Positions 25,701 through 39,618 are shown, numbered from the stretch's first letter. The stretch is DNA of 64,000 nucleotides from Eledone cirrhosa (GCA_964016885.1 OZ024742.1:20584001-20648000); one strand, 5' to 3'. Numbers and translations are program-made. The notes: a model not told the origin generated them from the sequence alone.

Positions 25701-28700
25701 GTAAAAGGGAGAGAGACAAGATAGCTGTAAAAGGGAGAGAGACAAGATAGATGTAAAAGGGAGAGAGACAAGATAGATGTAAAAGGGAGAGAGACAAGAT
25801 AGATGTAAAAGGGAGAGAGACAAGATAGATGTAAAAGGGTGACAGACAAGATAGATGTAAAAGGGAGAGAGACAAGATAGATGTAAAAGGGAGAGAGACA
25901 AGATAGATATAAAAGGGAGAGACACATTAGATGTGAAAGGGAGAGACAAGATAGATGTAAAAGGGAGAGAAACAAGATAGATGTAAAAGGGAGAGAGACA
26001 AGATAGATGTAAAAAGGAGAGACAAGATAGATGTAAAAGGGAGAGAGACACGATAGATGTAAAAGGGAGAGAGACAAGATAGATGTAAAAGGGAGAGAGA
26101 CAAGATAGATGTAAAAGGGAGAGAGACAAGATAGCTGTAAAAGGGAGAGACAAGATAGATGTAAAAGGGAGAGAGACAAGATAGATGTAAAAGGGAGAGA
26201 GACAAGATAGATGTAAAAGGGAGAGAGACAAGATAGATATAAAAGGGAGAGAGACAAGATAGATGTAAAAGGGAGAGACACAATAGATGTGAAAGGGAGA
26301 GACAAGATAGATGTAAAAGGGAGAGAAACAAGATAGATGTAAAAGGGAGAGAGACAAGATATATGTAAAAGGGAGAGACAAGATAGATGTAAAAGGGAGA
26401 GAGACACGATAGATGTAAAAGGGAGAGAGACAAGATAGATGTAAAAGGGAGAGAGACAAGATAGATGTAAAAGAGAGAGAGACACGATAGATGTAAAAGG
26501 GAGAGAGACAAGATAGATGTAAAAGGGAGAGAGACAAGATGGATGTAAAAGAGAGAGAGACACGATAGATGTAAAAGGGAGAGAGACAAGATAGATGTAA
26601 AAGGGAGAGAGACAAGATAGCTGTAAAAGGGAGAGACAAGATAGATGTAAAAGGGAGAGAGACAAGATAGATGTTAAAGAGAGAGAGACACGATAGATGT
26701 AAAAGGGAGAGAGACAAGATAGATGTAAAAGGGAGAGAGACAAGATGGATGTAAAAGAGAGAGAGACACGATAGATGTAAAAGGGAGAGAGACAAGATAG
26801 ATGTAAAAGGGAGAGAGACAAGATAGCTGTAAAAGGGAGAGACAAGATAGATGTAAAAGGGAGGGAGACAAGATAGATGTTAAAGGGAGAGAGACAAGAT
26901 AGATGTAAAAGGGAGAGAGACAAGATAGATATAAAAGGGAGAGAGACAAGATAGATGTAAAAGGGAGAGACACAATAGATGTGAAAGGGAGAGACAAGAT
27001 AGATGTAAAAGGGAGAGAAACAAGATAGATGTAAAAGGGAGAGAGACAAGATATATGTAAAAGGGAGAGACAAGATAGATGTAAAAGGGAGAGAGACACG
27101 ATAGATGTAAAAGGGAGAGAGACAAGATAGATGTAAAAGGGAGAGAGACAAGATAGATGTAAAAGAGAGAGAGACAAGATAGATGTAAAAGGGAGAGAGA
27201 CAAGATAGATGTAAAAGGGAGAGAGACAAGATAGATGTAAAAGGGAGTGAGACAAGATAGATGTAAACGGGAGAGAGACAAAATAGATGTAAAAGGGAGA
27301 GAGACAAGATAGATGATAAAGGGAGAGAGACAAGTTAGATGTAAAAGGGAGAGAGACAAGATAGATGTAAAATGGAGAGAGACAAGATAGATGTAAAAGG
27401 GAGAGAGACAAGATAGATGTTAAAGGGAGAGAGACAAGATAGATGTAAAAGGGAGAGAGACAAGATAGATGTAAAATAGAGAGAGACAAGATAGATGATA
27501 AAGGGAGAGAGACAAGATAGATGTAAAAGGGAGAGAGACAAGATAGATGTAAAAGGGAGAGAGACAAGTTAGATGTAAAAGGGAGAGAGACAAGATAGAT
27601 GTAAAAGGGAGAGACAAAATAGATGTAAAAGGTAGAGAGACAATATGGATGTAAAAGGGAGAGAGCCAAAATAGATGTAAAAGGGAGAGAGACAAGATAG
27701 ATGTAAAAGGGAGAGAGACAAGATAGATGTAAAAGGGAGAGAGACAAGATAGATGTAAAAGGGAGAGAGACAAGATAGATGTAAAAGGGAGAGAGACAAA
27801 ATAGATGTAAAAGGGAGAGAAACAAGATAGATGTAAAAGGGAGAGAGACAAGATAGATGTAAAAGGGAGAGACAAGTTAGATGTAAAAGGGAGAGAGAGA
27901 CAAGATAGATGTAAAAGGGAGAGAGACAAGATAGATGTAAAAGGGTGAGACAAAATAGATGTAAAAGGGAGAGAGACAAGATAGATGTAAAAGGGAGAGA
28001 GACAAGATAGATGTAAACGGGAGAGAGACAAGATATATGTAAAAGAGAGAGAGACAAGATAGATGTAAAAGGGAGAGACAAGATAGATGTAAAAGGGAGA
28101 GAGACAAGATAGATGTAAAAGAGAGAAAGACAAGATAGATGTAAAAGGGAGAGAGACAAAATAGATGTAAAAGGGAGAGAAACAAGATAGATGTAAAAGG
28201 GAGAGAGACAAGATAGATGTAAAAGGGAGAGACAAGTTAGATGTAAAAGGGAGAGAGAGACAAGATAGATGTAAAAGGGAGAGAGACAAGATAGATGTAA
28301 AAGGGAGAGAGACAAGATAGCTGTAAAAGGGAGAGAGACAAGATAGATGTAAAAGGGAGAGAGACAAGATAGATGTAAAAGGGAGAGAGACAAGATAGAT
28401 GTAAAAGGGAGAGAGACAAGATAGATGTAAAAGGGTGACAGACAAGATAGATGTAAAAGGGAGAGAGACAAGATAGATGTAAAAGGGAGAGAGACAAGAT
28501 AGATATAAAAGGGAGAGACACATTAGATGTGAAAGGGAGAGACAAGATAGATGTAAAAGGGAGAGAAACAAGATAGATGTAAAAGGGAGAGAGACAAGAT
28601 AGATGTAAAAAGGAGAGACAAGATAGATGTAAAAGGGAGAGAGACACGATAGATGTAAAAGGGAGAGAGACAAGATAGATGTAAAAGGGAGAGAGACAAG

Positions 28701-31700
28701 ATAGATGTAAAAGGGAGAGAGACAAGATAGCTGTAAAAGGGAGAGACAAGATAGATGTAAAAGGGAGAGAGACAAGATAGATGTAAAAGGGAGAGAGACA
28801 AGATAGATGTAAAAGGGAGAGAGACAAGATAGATATAAAAGGGAGAGAGACAAGATAGATGTAAAAGGGAGAGACACAATAGATGTGAAAGGGAGAGACA
28901 AGATAGATGTAAAAGGGAGAGAAACAAGATAGATGTAAAAGGGAGAGAGACAAGATATATGTAAAAGGGAGAGACAAGATAGATGTAAAAGGGAGAGAGA
29001 CACGATAGATGTAAAAGGGAGAGAGACAAGATAGATGTAAAAGGGAGAGAGACAAGATAGATGTAAAAGGGAGAGAGACAAGTTAGATGTAAAAGGGAGA
29101 GAGACAAGATAGATGTAAAAGGGAGAGACAAAATAGACGTAAAAGGTAGAGAGACAAGATGGATGTAAAAGGGAGAGAGCCAAAATAGATGTAAAAGGGA
29201 GAGAGACAAGATAGATGTAAAAGGGAGAGAGACAAGATAGATGTAAAAGGGAGAGAGACAAGATATATGTAAAAGGGAGAGAGACAAGATAGATGTAAAA
29301 GGGAGAGAGACAAAATAGATGTAAAAGGGAGAGAAACAAGATAGATGTAAAAGGGAGAGAGACAAGATAGATGTAAAAGGGAGAGACAAGTTAGATGTAA
29401 AAGGGAGAGAGAGACAAGATAGATGTAAAAGGGAGAGAGACAAGATAGATGTAAAAGGGTGAGACAAAATAGATGTAAAAGGGAGAGAGACAAGATAGAT
29501 GTAAAAGGGAGAGAGACAAGATAGATGTAAACGGGAGAGAGACAAGATATATGTAAAAGAGAGAGAGACAAGATAGATGTAAAAGGGAGAGACAAGATAG
29601 ATGTAAAAGGGAGAGAGACAAGATAGATGTAAAAGAGAGAGAGACAAGATAGATGTAAAAGGGAGAGAGACAAAATAGATGTAAAAGGGAGAGAAACAAG
29701 ATAGATGTAAAAGGGAGAGAGACAAGATAGATGTAAAAGGGAGAGACAAGTTAGATGTAAAAGGGAGAGAGAGACAAGATAGATGTAAAAGGGAGAGAGA
29801 CAAGATAGATGTAAAAGGGAGAGAGACAAGATAGCTGTAAAAGGGAGAGAGACAAGATAGATGTAAAAGGGAGAGAGACAAGATAGATGTAAAAGGGAGA
29901 GAGACAAGATAGATGTAAAAGGGAGAGAGACAAGATAGATGTAAAAGGGTGACAGACAAGATAGATGTAAAAGGGAGAGAGACAAGATAGATGTAAAAGG
30001 GAGAGAGACAAGATAGATATAAAAGGGAGAGACACATTAGATGTGAAAGGGAGAGACAAGATAGATGTAAAAGGGAGAGAGACAAGATAGATGTAAAAAG
30101 GAGAGACAAGATAGATGTAAAAGGGAGAGAGACACGATAGATGTAAAAGGGAGAGAGACAAGATAGATGTAAAAGGGAGAGAGACAAGATAGATGTAAAA
30201 GGGAGAGAGACAAGATAGCTGTAAAAGGGAGAGACAAGATAGATGTAAAAGGGAGAGAGACAAGATAGATGTAAAAGGGAGAGAGACAAGATAGATGTAA
30301 AAGGGAGAGAGACAAGATAGATATAAAAGGGAGAGAGACAAGATAGATGTAAAAGGGAGAGACACAATAGATGTGAAAGGGAGAGACAAGATAGATGTAA
30401 AAGGGAGAGAAACAAGATAGATGTAAAAGGGAGAGAGACAAGATATATGTAAAAGGGAGAGACAAGATAGATGTAAAAGGGAGAGAGACACGATAGATGT
30501 AAAAGGGAGAGAGACAAGATAGATGTAAAAGGGAGAGAGACAAGATAGATGTAAAAGAGAGAGAGACACGATAGATGTAAAAGGGAGAGAGACAAGATAG
30601 ATGTAAAAGGGAGAGAGACAAGATAGATGTAAAAGAGAGAGAGACACGATAGATGTAAAAGGGAGAGAGACAAGATAGATGTAAAAGGGAGAGAGACAAG
30701 ATAGCTGTAAAAGGGAGAGACAAGATAGATGTAAAAGGGAGAGAGACAAGATAGATGTTAAAGGGAGAGAGACAAGATAGATGTAAAAGGGAGAGAGACA
30801 AGATAGATATAAAAGGGAGAGAGACAAGATAGATGTAAAAGGGAGAGACACAATAGATGTGAAAGGGAGAGACAAGATAGATGTAAAAGGGAGAGAAACA
30901 AGATAGATGTAAAAGGGAGAGAGACAAGATATATGTAAAAGGGAGAGACAAGATAGATGTAAAAGGGAGAGAGACACGATAGATGTAAAAGGGAGAGAGA
31001 CAAGATAGATGTAAAAGGGAGAGAGACAAGATAGATGTAAAAGAGAGAGAGACAAGATAGATGTAAAAGGGAGAGAGACAAGATAGATGTAAAAGGGAGA
31101 GAGACAAGATAGATGTAAAAGGGAGAGAGACAAGATAGATGTAAAAGGGAGACAGACAAGGTAGATGTAAAAGGGAGTGAGACAAGATAGATGTAAAAGG
31201 GAGAGAGACAAAATAGATGTAAAAGGGAGAGAGACAAGATAGATGATAAAGGGAGAGAGACAAGATAGATGTAAAAGGGAGAGAGACAAGATAGATGTAA
31301 AAGGGAGAGAGACAAGATAGATGTAAAAGGGAGAGACAAGATAGATGTAAAAGGGAGAGAGACGAGATAGATGTAAAAAGGAGAGAGACAAGATAGATGT
31401 AAAAGGGAGAGAGACAAGTTAGATGTAAAAGGGAGAGAGACAAGATACATGTAAAAGGGAGAGAGACAAGATAGATGTAAACGGGAGAGAGACAAGATAG
31501 ATGTTAAAGGGAGAGAGACAAGATAGATGTAGAAGGGAGAGAGACAAGATAGATGTAAAAGAGAGAGAGACAAGATAGATGATAAAGGGAGAGAGACAAG
31601 ATAGATGTAAAAGGGAGAGAGACAAGATAGATGTAAAAGGGAGAGAGACAAGATAGATGTAAAAGGGAGAGACAAGATAGATGTAAAAGGGAGAGAGACA

Positions 31701-32810
31701 AGATAGATGTAAAAGGGAGAGAGACAAGATAGATGTAAAAGGGAGAGAGACAAGATAGATGTAAAAGGGTGAGACAAAATAGATGTAAAAGGGAGAGTGA
31801 CAAGATAGATGTAAAAGGGAGAGAGACAAGATATATGTAAAAGAGAGAGAGACAAGATAGATGACAAAGGGAGAGAGACAAGATAGATGTAAAAGGGAGA
31901 GAGACAAGATAGATGTAAAAGGGAGAGAGACAAGATAGATGTAAAAGGGTGAGACAAAATAGATGTAAAAGGGAGAGAGACAAGATAGATGTAAAAGGGA
32001 GAGAGACAAGATAGATGTAAAAGGGAGAGAGACAAGATAGATGTAAAAGGGAGAGAGACATGATAGCTGCAAAAGGGAGAGACAAGATAGATGTAAAAGG
32101 GAGAGAGACAAGATATATGTAAAAGGGAGAGAGACAAGATAGATGTAAAAGAGAGAGAGACAAGATAGATGATAAAGGGAGAGAGACGAGATAGATGTAA
32201 ATGGGAGAGAGACAAGATATATGTAAAAGGGAGAGAGACAAGATAGATGTAAAAGGGAGAGAGACAAGATAGATTTAAATTGGAGAGAGACAAGATATAT
32301 GTAAAAGGGAGACAGAGACAAGATAGATGTAAAATGGAGAGAGACAAGATAGATGTAAAAGTGAAAGAGACAAAATAGCTGTAAAAGGGAGAGAGACAAG
32401 ATAGATGTAAAAGGGAGAGAGACAAGATAGATGTAAAAGGGAGAGAGACAAGATAGATGTAAAAGGGAGAGAGACAAGATAGATGTAAAAGGGAGAGAGA
32501 CAAGATAGATATAAAAGGTAGAGAGACAAGATAGAGGTAAAAGGGAGAGACACAATAGATGTGAAAGGGAGAGACAAGATAGATGTAAAAGGGAGAGAAA
32601 CAAGATAGATGTAAAAGGGAGAGAGACAAGATAGATGTAAAAGGGAGGGACAAAATAGATGTAAAAGGGAGAGAGACACGATAGATGTAAAAGGGAGAGA
32701 GACAAGATAGATCTAAAAGGGAGAGAGACAAGATAGATGTAAAAGGGAGAGAGACAAGATAGCTGTAAAAGGGAGAGAGACAAGATAGATGTAAAAGGGA
32801 GAGAGACAAA
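22796..32810. repeat. ~10-kb satellite, 26-bp unit AGATAGATGTAAAAGGGAGAGAGACA (about 385 units, with 24/28-bp variants)
   Basis: Directly visible tandem periodicity; variant blocks recur at offsets of 360, 1514 and 2596 bp. Confidence 0.98.
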
Positions 32811-32839
32811 AAATTGAGAGGGAGAGAGATAGAGAGAAA

Positions 32840-35800
32840 AAAGTTGAGAGGAGTGCAGCACCTCTCTCTCCATCCTGATCCTTCTTCCGAAATGATATCG
32901 GAAGAAACGGACCAGTTGTTGGCCAGAGAGAAAGGTGTCTGACCTCAGTCCTTTCAGACGCGTCCACTATACAACCTCTTTCGCCATGGCTAATACGCAC
33001 AGAAACACCGCCTCTCCTTCGTTTTTGAAGAGGGGAGGCGGCTTGATCGTTACAATAGACTCGGTGGTCAACCGGATCGGTCCCACCCTTGACAGCAGTT
33101 GTTCGACATATCCCCACAGATCGGCAATGCCCGAGCAGTGTACCAATGTGTGTGCAACGGTTTCCTCGTCGCACACGCATCTGGGACAGATCTTTTTCGA
33201 TGGGACCCTACCCGGGCGCCCGTGTCTGTAGAGCCTTTCTCGAACGGGCAGAGCCCTTCTGTAGCATTGCCAGGCCAGGGACCTCTGGAAGTTATCCATG
33301 GGTCCCGGGCTGAATGTCCTACCGAACAGGTTGGCCAGTTCGTCTTCCTCCATGCCTAGGGCTTCTCCGAGGGCGTCGTCGCACCTGCTAACCACCAGCT
33401 CTCTATAGAATGACGAGGTGAATTCTACACTGACAGCCGGGTCCGCCTGCCAGAGAGCCGTGAGCGCCTGGGCACACTCGGTGTGCCAGGCCCCCAGTTT
33501 TCTCGGCCTTTGCTTGACCCAGGATTGCAGCTCGGTGAGTGAGACGAGTCTGGGAAAGGCTCGCCTCACAAACGGGGCCCACACCGGTTTACCGGAGAGG
33601 AATACCTGAAGGTGCCGTAGCCTTAATGCGTGTTTACGTATCATTAGCCACGGCATCCCCAGCCCTCCTTTCGAAGGGTGTTGACAGCAGATGGATCTCC
33701 TCACCATAGGAGCCCGCTTCTTCCAAAGGAATTGGAAGAGTGCGCGCTCCATTTTGGCGAGCGTTTCCCTTGGGCAAGGCACAACGGCCAGGCGGTAGTA
33801 GATGACGGACGCTATATAAGTGTTCGCCACCTCCGCCCGACCTTTCAGGGACAGTTTGCACTCGGCCCACTTCTCGGTCAGTGCAAACACCCTGTTCGTC
33901 ACCTCACCCCAGTTCTTCTCCACCTGGAGGTCTGGTCCGAACCAGACCCCGAGCAACTTCACCGGGCCCTCCGTCCAGCGCCCGACGACGCCATCGGAGG
34001 GCATCGATCTGCCCCTCCACGTGCCCAGTTGCAGACCGATCGACTTGTCCCGGTTCAGCTTAGCCCCTGTAAACCTTTCGTACTCCTCCAGTAAGGTGCC
34101 GATCGCCCCGATTTCCGAGGCCGTCGACACCATTACTGTTACGCCATCGGCGTAGGCTGACACCGCTTTCCGCAATCCCGGTTCCAGCAGGATGCCCTGC
34201 AACAACTCCAACTTCCGCAGCAGTGGCTCTAGAGTCATTACATACAGAAGGGAGGAGAGAGGGCACCCCTGTCGGATGGACCGCGCGATTTCGAACGGCT
34301 CCGAGAGGTAGCCGTTCACCTTGACCCTAGAGCAGATGCGGCTGCTGTGCATAGCATTGATCCAGCCCCTGAAAACGGGTCCGAAGCCTGCCGCCGCTAA
34401 GCACCGCATCCAGGTAACCATGGTCGATCCTATCGAATGCCTTAGATTGATCCAAGTTGATCAGGGCCCCACCAAAGCCGGGTTCGTTCCCAACCCTCTC
34501 TATGGTGTATCGCATGAGGTGGAGGTTATCGTGGATGGACCTGGACGGGATAGCACATGTCTGCGCATCTCCCACCAGGTTGCCCACGACAAGCGCCAAC
34601 CTATTTGCTAGCACCTTGGCCAAAATCTGTAACTCTGTATTTAGCAGAGTTATGGGCCTGAAATTATTTATATCGTCCCCCTTGTTCTCGTCCTTCCTCA
34701 CTACCGTAACCACGCCCTTGGTCACAGCACAGGGAATTCTCCCGTTCTGTTGCCAGTTGCAGTAGACCGCCTCGAGGAGATCGGGGAACAAGTCCGGCAT
34801 AGCTAGATATAGTTCGTATGGAAGACCATCGAGACCCGGGGATTTGCGTTTGCCGCATTGGCTCAGCACGTCCTCTATCTCAGCGGCTGAAATCGGCTCC
34901 TCGCAGGACTTCGCCTCCCTGTCCGAGAGACGCGGCAGGCCGTCGAGGTATGGACCGAAGTCCACTTCCCCAACCGGCCCCCGCCCCTTCCGAACAATCC
35001 GGGAAAGTGCTTTTGAAAAGCCTCGCACATCTGCTTAGGTTCAAGGATCACCTGTCCATCCTGGTCTCGCAAAGACCGGATAGTAGATCTGTTCCCTCTT
35101 TTGGCTTCTGTCACGCGGGCCCAGCTAACAGCTTTGGTCCCCTCGTTTCCCAGAGCACGTATTTTGCTTCGGACGATGCAGCCTTCGTGTTTCGCGTCGA
35201 AGAACTGGCCCAGGGCCGTTCTCGACGCTAGCACTCTGGCCACGTCGCCGCTTCTAATTGCCTCTTCTACACTATCTACCAACTCCCTTTCCTTCCTATT
35301 TCTATTGGAGGCTAACTCCTTACTAAATTCTATAGAGACTACTCTAATCTCTCTTTTGAGAGATCCCCACCACCTGCTGTTGACGATGGCGTCCGTCAAC
35401 CGCTCCTTAACTAAAGTGTTAATCCGGTCCCTGTAAGCCTTACTTGCCGGTAAGGACAAGTTGAGCTTCCAGTAACCGGGTCCCTGTCTATGAGTTCTGT
35501 CAAGGTTGATCATGCAGGTCACTAACTTGTGGTCTGAATAGCCAACCATGCGCATTTTTGGACAACTTAAAAAGTCCTTATCCTTAATTCTAACTAAGAA
35601 CCTATCTAGGTACGACCTAGATGATCCGCTACGATTTGCCCAAGTCCAGGTTGGCGCAGTCGGAAAATCTAGTCGATATCTATCAGCCAGGTCAAATCGA
35701 CCGATTAACCCTTTGAGGCTATTACACCCCTCTCTGTCGGGACAGGCCCCTACGTAGTCACAGCGTGCATCTAGGATACCATTCCAGTCCCCCACTAATA

Positions 35801-36173
35801 GCAAGGAGCGGGACGTCCCTAGAAAAGTCTCCAGACGATGGAAGAAGTCCAACCTAAACGCTCCGCCTTTACCACTGCCAAGGTCCAGAACCACTAGTCG
35901 ACCCTCCGGGTCCAAATGTACCATCTGTGTTGCGAGACCCAGATGTTTTTGCAGCAGAACGACAACTCCACCCCCACCTCTGGGCTGACAGAGAGATGCG
36001 TGCATCTGAAAGTCATCAAAGGTGGGGGACAGCTGTCGCACGTTGCTGATCCGGGCCTCGCAAATAACCATCACATCTATACGTTGTGACCTGAGGGCAT
36101 TTAGAAGCATTGCTTGCTTCCAAGTTGAGCCCAGGCCACGCGTATTTAAACAGCCTACTCTTAGCATAGCCAT
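32840..36173 (-). pseudogene. LINE ORF2 (APE endonuclease, RT, C-terminal zinc knuckle), disrupted
   Basis: CLNTRGL, GDWN, YLDRF, YSDH; KSPGLDGLP, FRPITLLN, DQSKAFDRI, RQGCPLS, YADG (YADD altered); Tx1-like LSLKGRAEVAN; CPRC...H...C. Frameshifts near 35000 and 34420; stop at 32967. Confidence 0.9.
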
Positions 36174-36361
36174 GTTGGTGGTGAAGAGAAAAGGCACTTA
36201 CCTCTCTGCGTCCCGGGTATCGGGCTGCACAATTTCCATTAGGGTGGGGATGGGTTGTTGGGTGGGGTGGTGGTTTGTGGAAGTGTAGGGGCATCAGTGT
36301 GTTGTGTGGTTGGGGAGCTTGTAGTTGTGTGGGTGTTTTGGGAGGGGGTGGGGTAGTTTTT

Positions 36362-37988
36362 TTAGGAGGACGCGGTTAATGGGCCCGACGCAGGGGGGGG
36401 CACGTCCTCTTTAAAATTGTTTTTTAAAGTTTTATAGGTGTCCTGTGGGGCCTTAATCATTTTGAGGTGGGGGAAATCCCCTGCCTGGGTGAAGTTAGGC
36501 CCTTGTGTTTTTATTAGATTGTTGTTGTACACAATGTTTAACAGTTTTTTGTTTCTTGTGTTTATGTATGTGTATGCATGTTTTTGTTTTTGTGTGGTGT
36601 TTTTTGTTTGCTGTTGTTGTGAGCTCTTTTGTGTTGGTGTCAGTGTCATGTTTTGGGGAGGGGTTGTTTTCATTTGTGTGTCTGAGGTGTGTTTTCTTTT
36701 TTTTCTTTTGATTGTGTGGAAGTGCTCCTCCTCGTCTGACGACGAACTAGGGTCATCTTCCGCGTTGGAGGGGAGGGGTATATTTTCGGGTTGTGTTTGC
36801 GGTGCGGGTGTTTTGGAAATTGTTTTTGTTTTTTGAGTGGAGGGGATGGGTTGGACATTGTTTTGTTTTGGTTTGAGCTGTGGTGGTTGTTTTTGTAGTG
36901 GTAGTTGTGGTGATTGTGTTGGTTGTGCAGTTGTTGGTGGTGTAGGCAGGATTGGGGTTTTCTTATTAAGTTGGGGACAGACAGCCCTCAGGTGACCTCT
37001 GGTTCTGCAGAGGTAACACGAGGGCCGTCTACCCTCAACGGTAATGTTGATGAAGGTTAGATCATCCAGTATGACGCGTTCAGGGATCTGGGCGATCCTT
37101 TCGGGCCTCATTTGAACTACAAGTTCGAGGCTCGTTCCACTGAACGCGTCACCCGATGCCTTTCCCATGGACACCAGCATGTCATCCTCCAGGTCCAGGA
37201 AACCTGTCAAAACCCACCATATGTCCATAATCGGCAGGATGGTGTGGAATTTTATTTTTTGTGTTCTTCTACCCATGTACGTAGGGTAGAAGGTGTATGC
37301 GGTGGATGTGATTGGTTTGATGGACAGTTTCACTGCTGTGTCCCTGTCCTTCATGAGAATGGATAGACTCCCGTAGAGTATATCCTTTTGAATGAAGGTG
37401 ATGTCCTTCATGACGTCTTTTAAAACCAGCTCTATCTCACTCTGTGATGGTTGAGCTGGTTTTTTACTTTTATTCGAGATTGTCCTAAACATGACCGTGT
37501 TTAGGAGTCTCTGGCTTTTTAGTTCCGGGGGGGGGGGGGATTGTGAATGAACCATTTTCCCCGTACACTATATATTTTTTCGCATCTGCCTGTAGCTCCT
37601 TCGCTTTGGTTATATCTACTGGCAGATAGTCGAGGGTTTTCCTTGTCGTCTCAGCGAAGGAGAAATTTTGTTTGTTTGTGTTGTTCTTGTTGTTGGTGGT
37701 GTTGTTGTTATCATTGTTGTTGTTGTCACAGTTATTGGTCTTGTTGTTGTTATTGTTATTGGTGTTGTTTTCGTCCGTCGCATTGTTGTTGTTGTTGCTG
37801 TTGCTGGTGCCGCTGGTTCTTTGGGTTGTTGCCATGGCAACGTCAAGTTGTCGGTTAACAGGTGGAGAGAATTCTTCCTCTGGCTGACCTTTCTTCTTGA
37901 CCTCTGCTACTGTGACAGTGGAAGGGGGAAGCTGTAAGTTTATCTTCCCCTTTCCTCCTTCGAATTTTGGTGAAGAAGCTTCAGCCAT
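36362..37988 (-). pseudogene. LINE ORF1 (nucleic-acid-binding, CCHC zinc knuckle), frameshifted at the G-run 37527-37539
   Basis: ORFs 37485-37994 and 36362-37555 overlap at a homopolymer (could be an assembly indel); VEGRRPSCYLCRTRGHLRAVCP. Confidence 0.8.
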
Positions 37989-38343
37989 TTTCAAAAATAT
38001 TAACTTTTCAACAAGAAAAAACTTTTTTTTTTTTGTTTAACTATTTCGCCTAAAGGCGTAGAATGTTTTGAGAGACTGACCAGATCAAAGTTTGACCTGG
38101 CAGTCCCTCTACAAAATGGTACAAAAATTAAAGTTATCAGACAAGAATTTCTATAGAAATTTAAACAGAATTTACTCAGCAAGTTATACGCGTGTGTCCA
38201 TCCCAGAGATAGATGAAATATAGTTTCCATTTATTAATATATTGTATATTTACTCGGCTAAATTGTTGAGTGCTTTATATCAGTTATAAACATGTTTAAG
38301 CTTGTTGAATCCCAACAAATTAAATATAACCTCTGCATAGATA

Positions 38344-38391
<48 letters not shown>

Positions 38392-38473
38392 ACATATATA
38401 TCTATCTATCTAAGGCGGGTAAAATTCCCGAGATCCATGGACATTAATCAGTGTACACTGAGGATGTAAACCT

Positions 38474-38570
38474 CAGAGCTGTATGGGAGCATCCCAAAAG
38501 TCACCTCAAAAGTGACACAGAGGAGACTGAGGTTAGCTGGACATGCTCACCGACATCCAGAGTTAGCATT
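38474..38570 (+). pseudogene. RTE-like LINE fragment
   Basis: Translates as ELYGSIPKVTSKVTQRRLRLAGHAHRHPE (RRLRxxGHxxR motif). Confidence 0.65.
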
Positions 38571-38604
38571 GCACTCAGCTCCTTTGGGAGCCCCTACATG
38601 GACA

Positions 38605-38689
<85 letters not shown>

Positions 38690-38799
38690 CATAGCTCTGG
38701 TTCATCTGAATCATTGAGCACTTGCCACACATCTCGGAGGTTACTTTTCGTTATTTCTTGGGCCGAAATGCGATTCTCGATAATTATCTTTATTTAGTC

Positions 38800-39109
38800 T
38801 ATCTTTATTGAGACTAAATAAAGATGGCGTAGAAATAAAATGCAACGGGAGGAAACAATAACACCACTGACGATGTTGCAGATGTGCAACGAAAGAACTT
38901 TGATAAACCATATATATGTGTTTCTGTCTATATTGTATCTGTATTTTTGACCGTTGGTCAGTCAATGGCAACATTGAGGACCGAATAAATTAAATTAACG
39001 GATATAAAAGACACAGAAGCGAAAAGCGAAAACGAACCAAACAGTGAGTGTGTTCTGTTATTAATTCTGGCAATATTACACAAATTTGACCCTCCCTAAG
39101 TATAACAAT

Positions 39110-39110
<1 letters not shown>
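38800..39110 (+). mobile_element. Solo 3' UTR/pLTR of the PLE at 49430-50736
   Basis: Reverse-complement similarity to ~49490-49785; ends at (TA)n. Confidence 0.8.
38863..38905 (+). ncRNA. Hammerhead-like motif (sister copy 49690-49731, minus)
   Basis: CTGACGA-T-GTTGCA-GATG-TGCAAC-GAAA; helices I and III imperfect. Confidence 0.55.
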
Positions 39111-39141
<31 letters not shown>

Positions 39142-39146
<5 letters not shown>

Positions 39147-39250
39147 CGAGTAGTTAGAGAATTTGATTCGCAATCGTAAGGTTGTGAGTTCGATTCCCGG
39201 ACACGTGATGCGTTATGTCCTTGAGCAAGACATTTTATTTTCACGTTGCT
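39142..39250 (+). mobile_element. tRNA-derived SINE head
   Basis: A box TGGCCGAGTAGTT, B box GAGTTCGATTCC, then TGTCCTTGAGCAAGAC. Confidence 0.75.
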
Positions 39251-39365
39251 CCTTCTACCTGGAGTTGCGACCGATAGATAGTATCAGCAATTGGAAAGAC
39301 CAATGGAAACATTGATTCCTCGATCCGATTTGACGAAAGTCGATCGACTATTTATATATATATAT

Positions 39366-39480
39366 ATAGAAAAGGGTTCTACAAGACTAGAACTGTTTCA
39401 TTCGGGAGAAATCATCAGGAAGCTTCCTGATGATTTCTCCCAAATGAAAGATTTCTACTGCTGTAGAAGCCTTTTCTATA
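39366..39480. repeat. Minimal fold-back made of two head-to-head HHR cores
   Basis: TTTCATTCGGGAGAAATCATCAGGA-AGCT-TCCTGATGATTTCTCCCAAATGAAA; centre AAGCTT. Confidence 0.7.
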
Positions 39481-39564
39481 TTAAATATTTGTACTCTGCT
39501 TTGTATTGAGTACCTTACTTACTCTGGTTACTCCCGATTGAACCTAGGATAAACATATATATAT

Positions 39565-39618
<54 letters not shown>

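Larger units (their letters stand above)
32840..38030 (-). mobile_element. Tx1/L1-clade LINE with ORF1 and ORF2; 3' end lost at the satellite junction
   Basis: Gag-like ORF1 with a CCHC knuckle, followed by an APE-RT-CCHC ORF2; GC-rich relative to the flanks. Confidence 0.9.

Noticed and set aside
22796-32810. CRISPR-like periodicity
   Set aside because: No unique spacers and no cas genes; eukaryotic satellite.
22633-32873. Long minus-strand ORFs up to 827 aa (LSLSLLHLSCLSPFYIYLV...)
   Set aside because: Artefact of a 26-bp unit that has no stop codon on that strand in any frame.
32935-37937. Plus-strand ORFs over the LINE
   Set aside because: Antisense shadows of GC-rich or low-complexity LINE coding sequence.
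39142-39200. tRNA gene
   Set aside because: A and B boxes are present but there is no full cloverleaf, and it continues into a SINE body.
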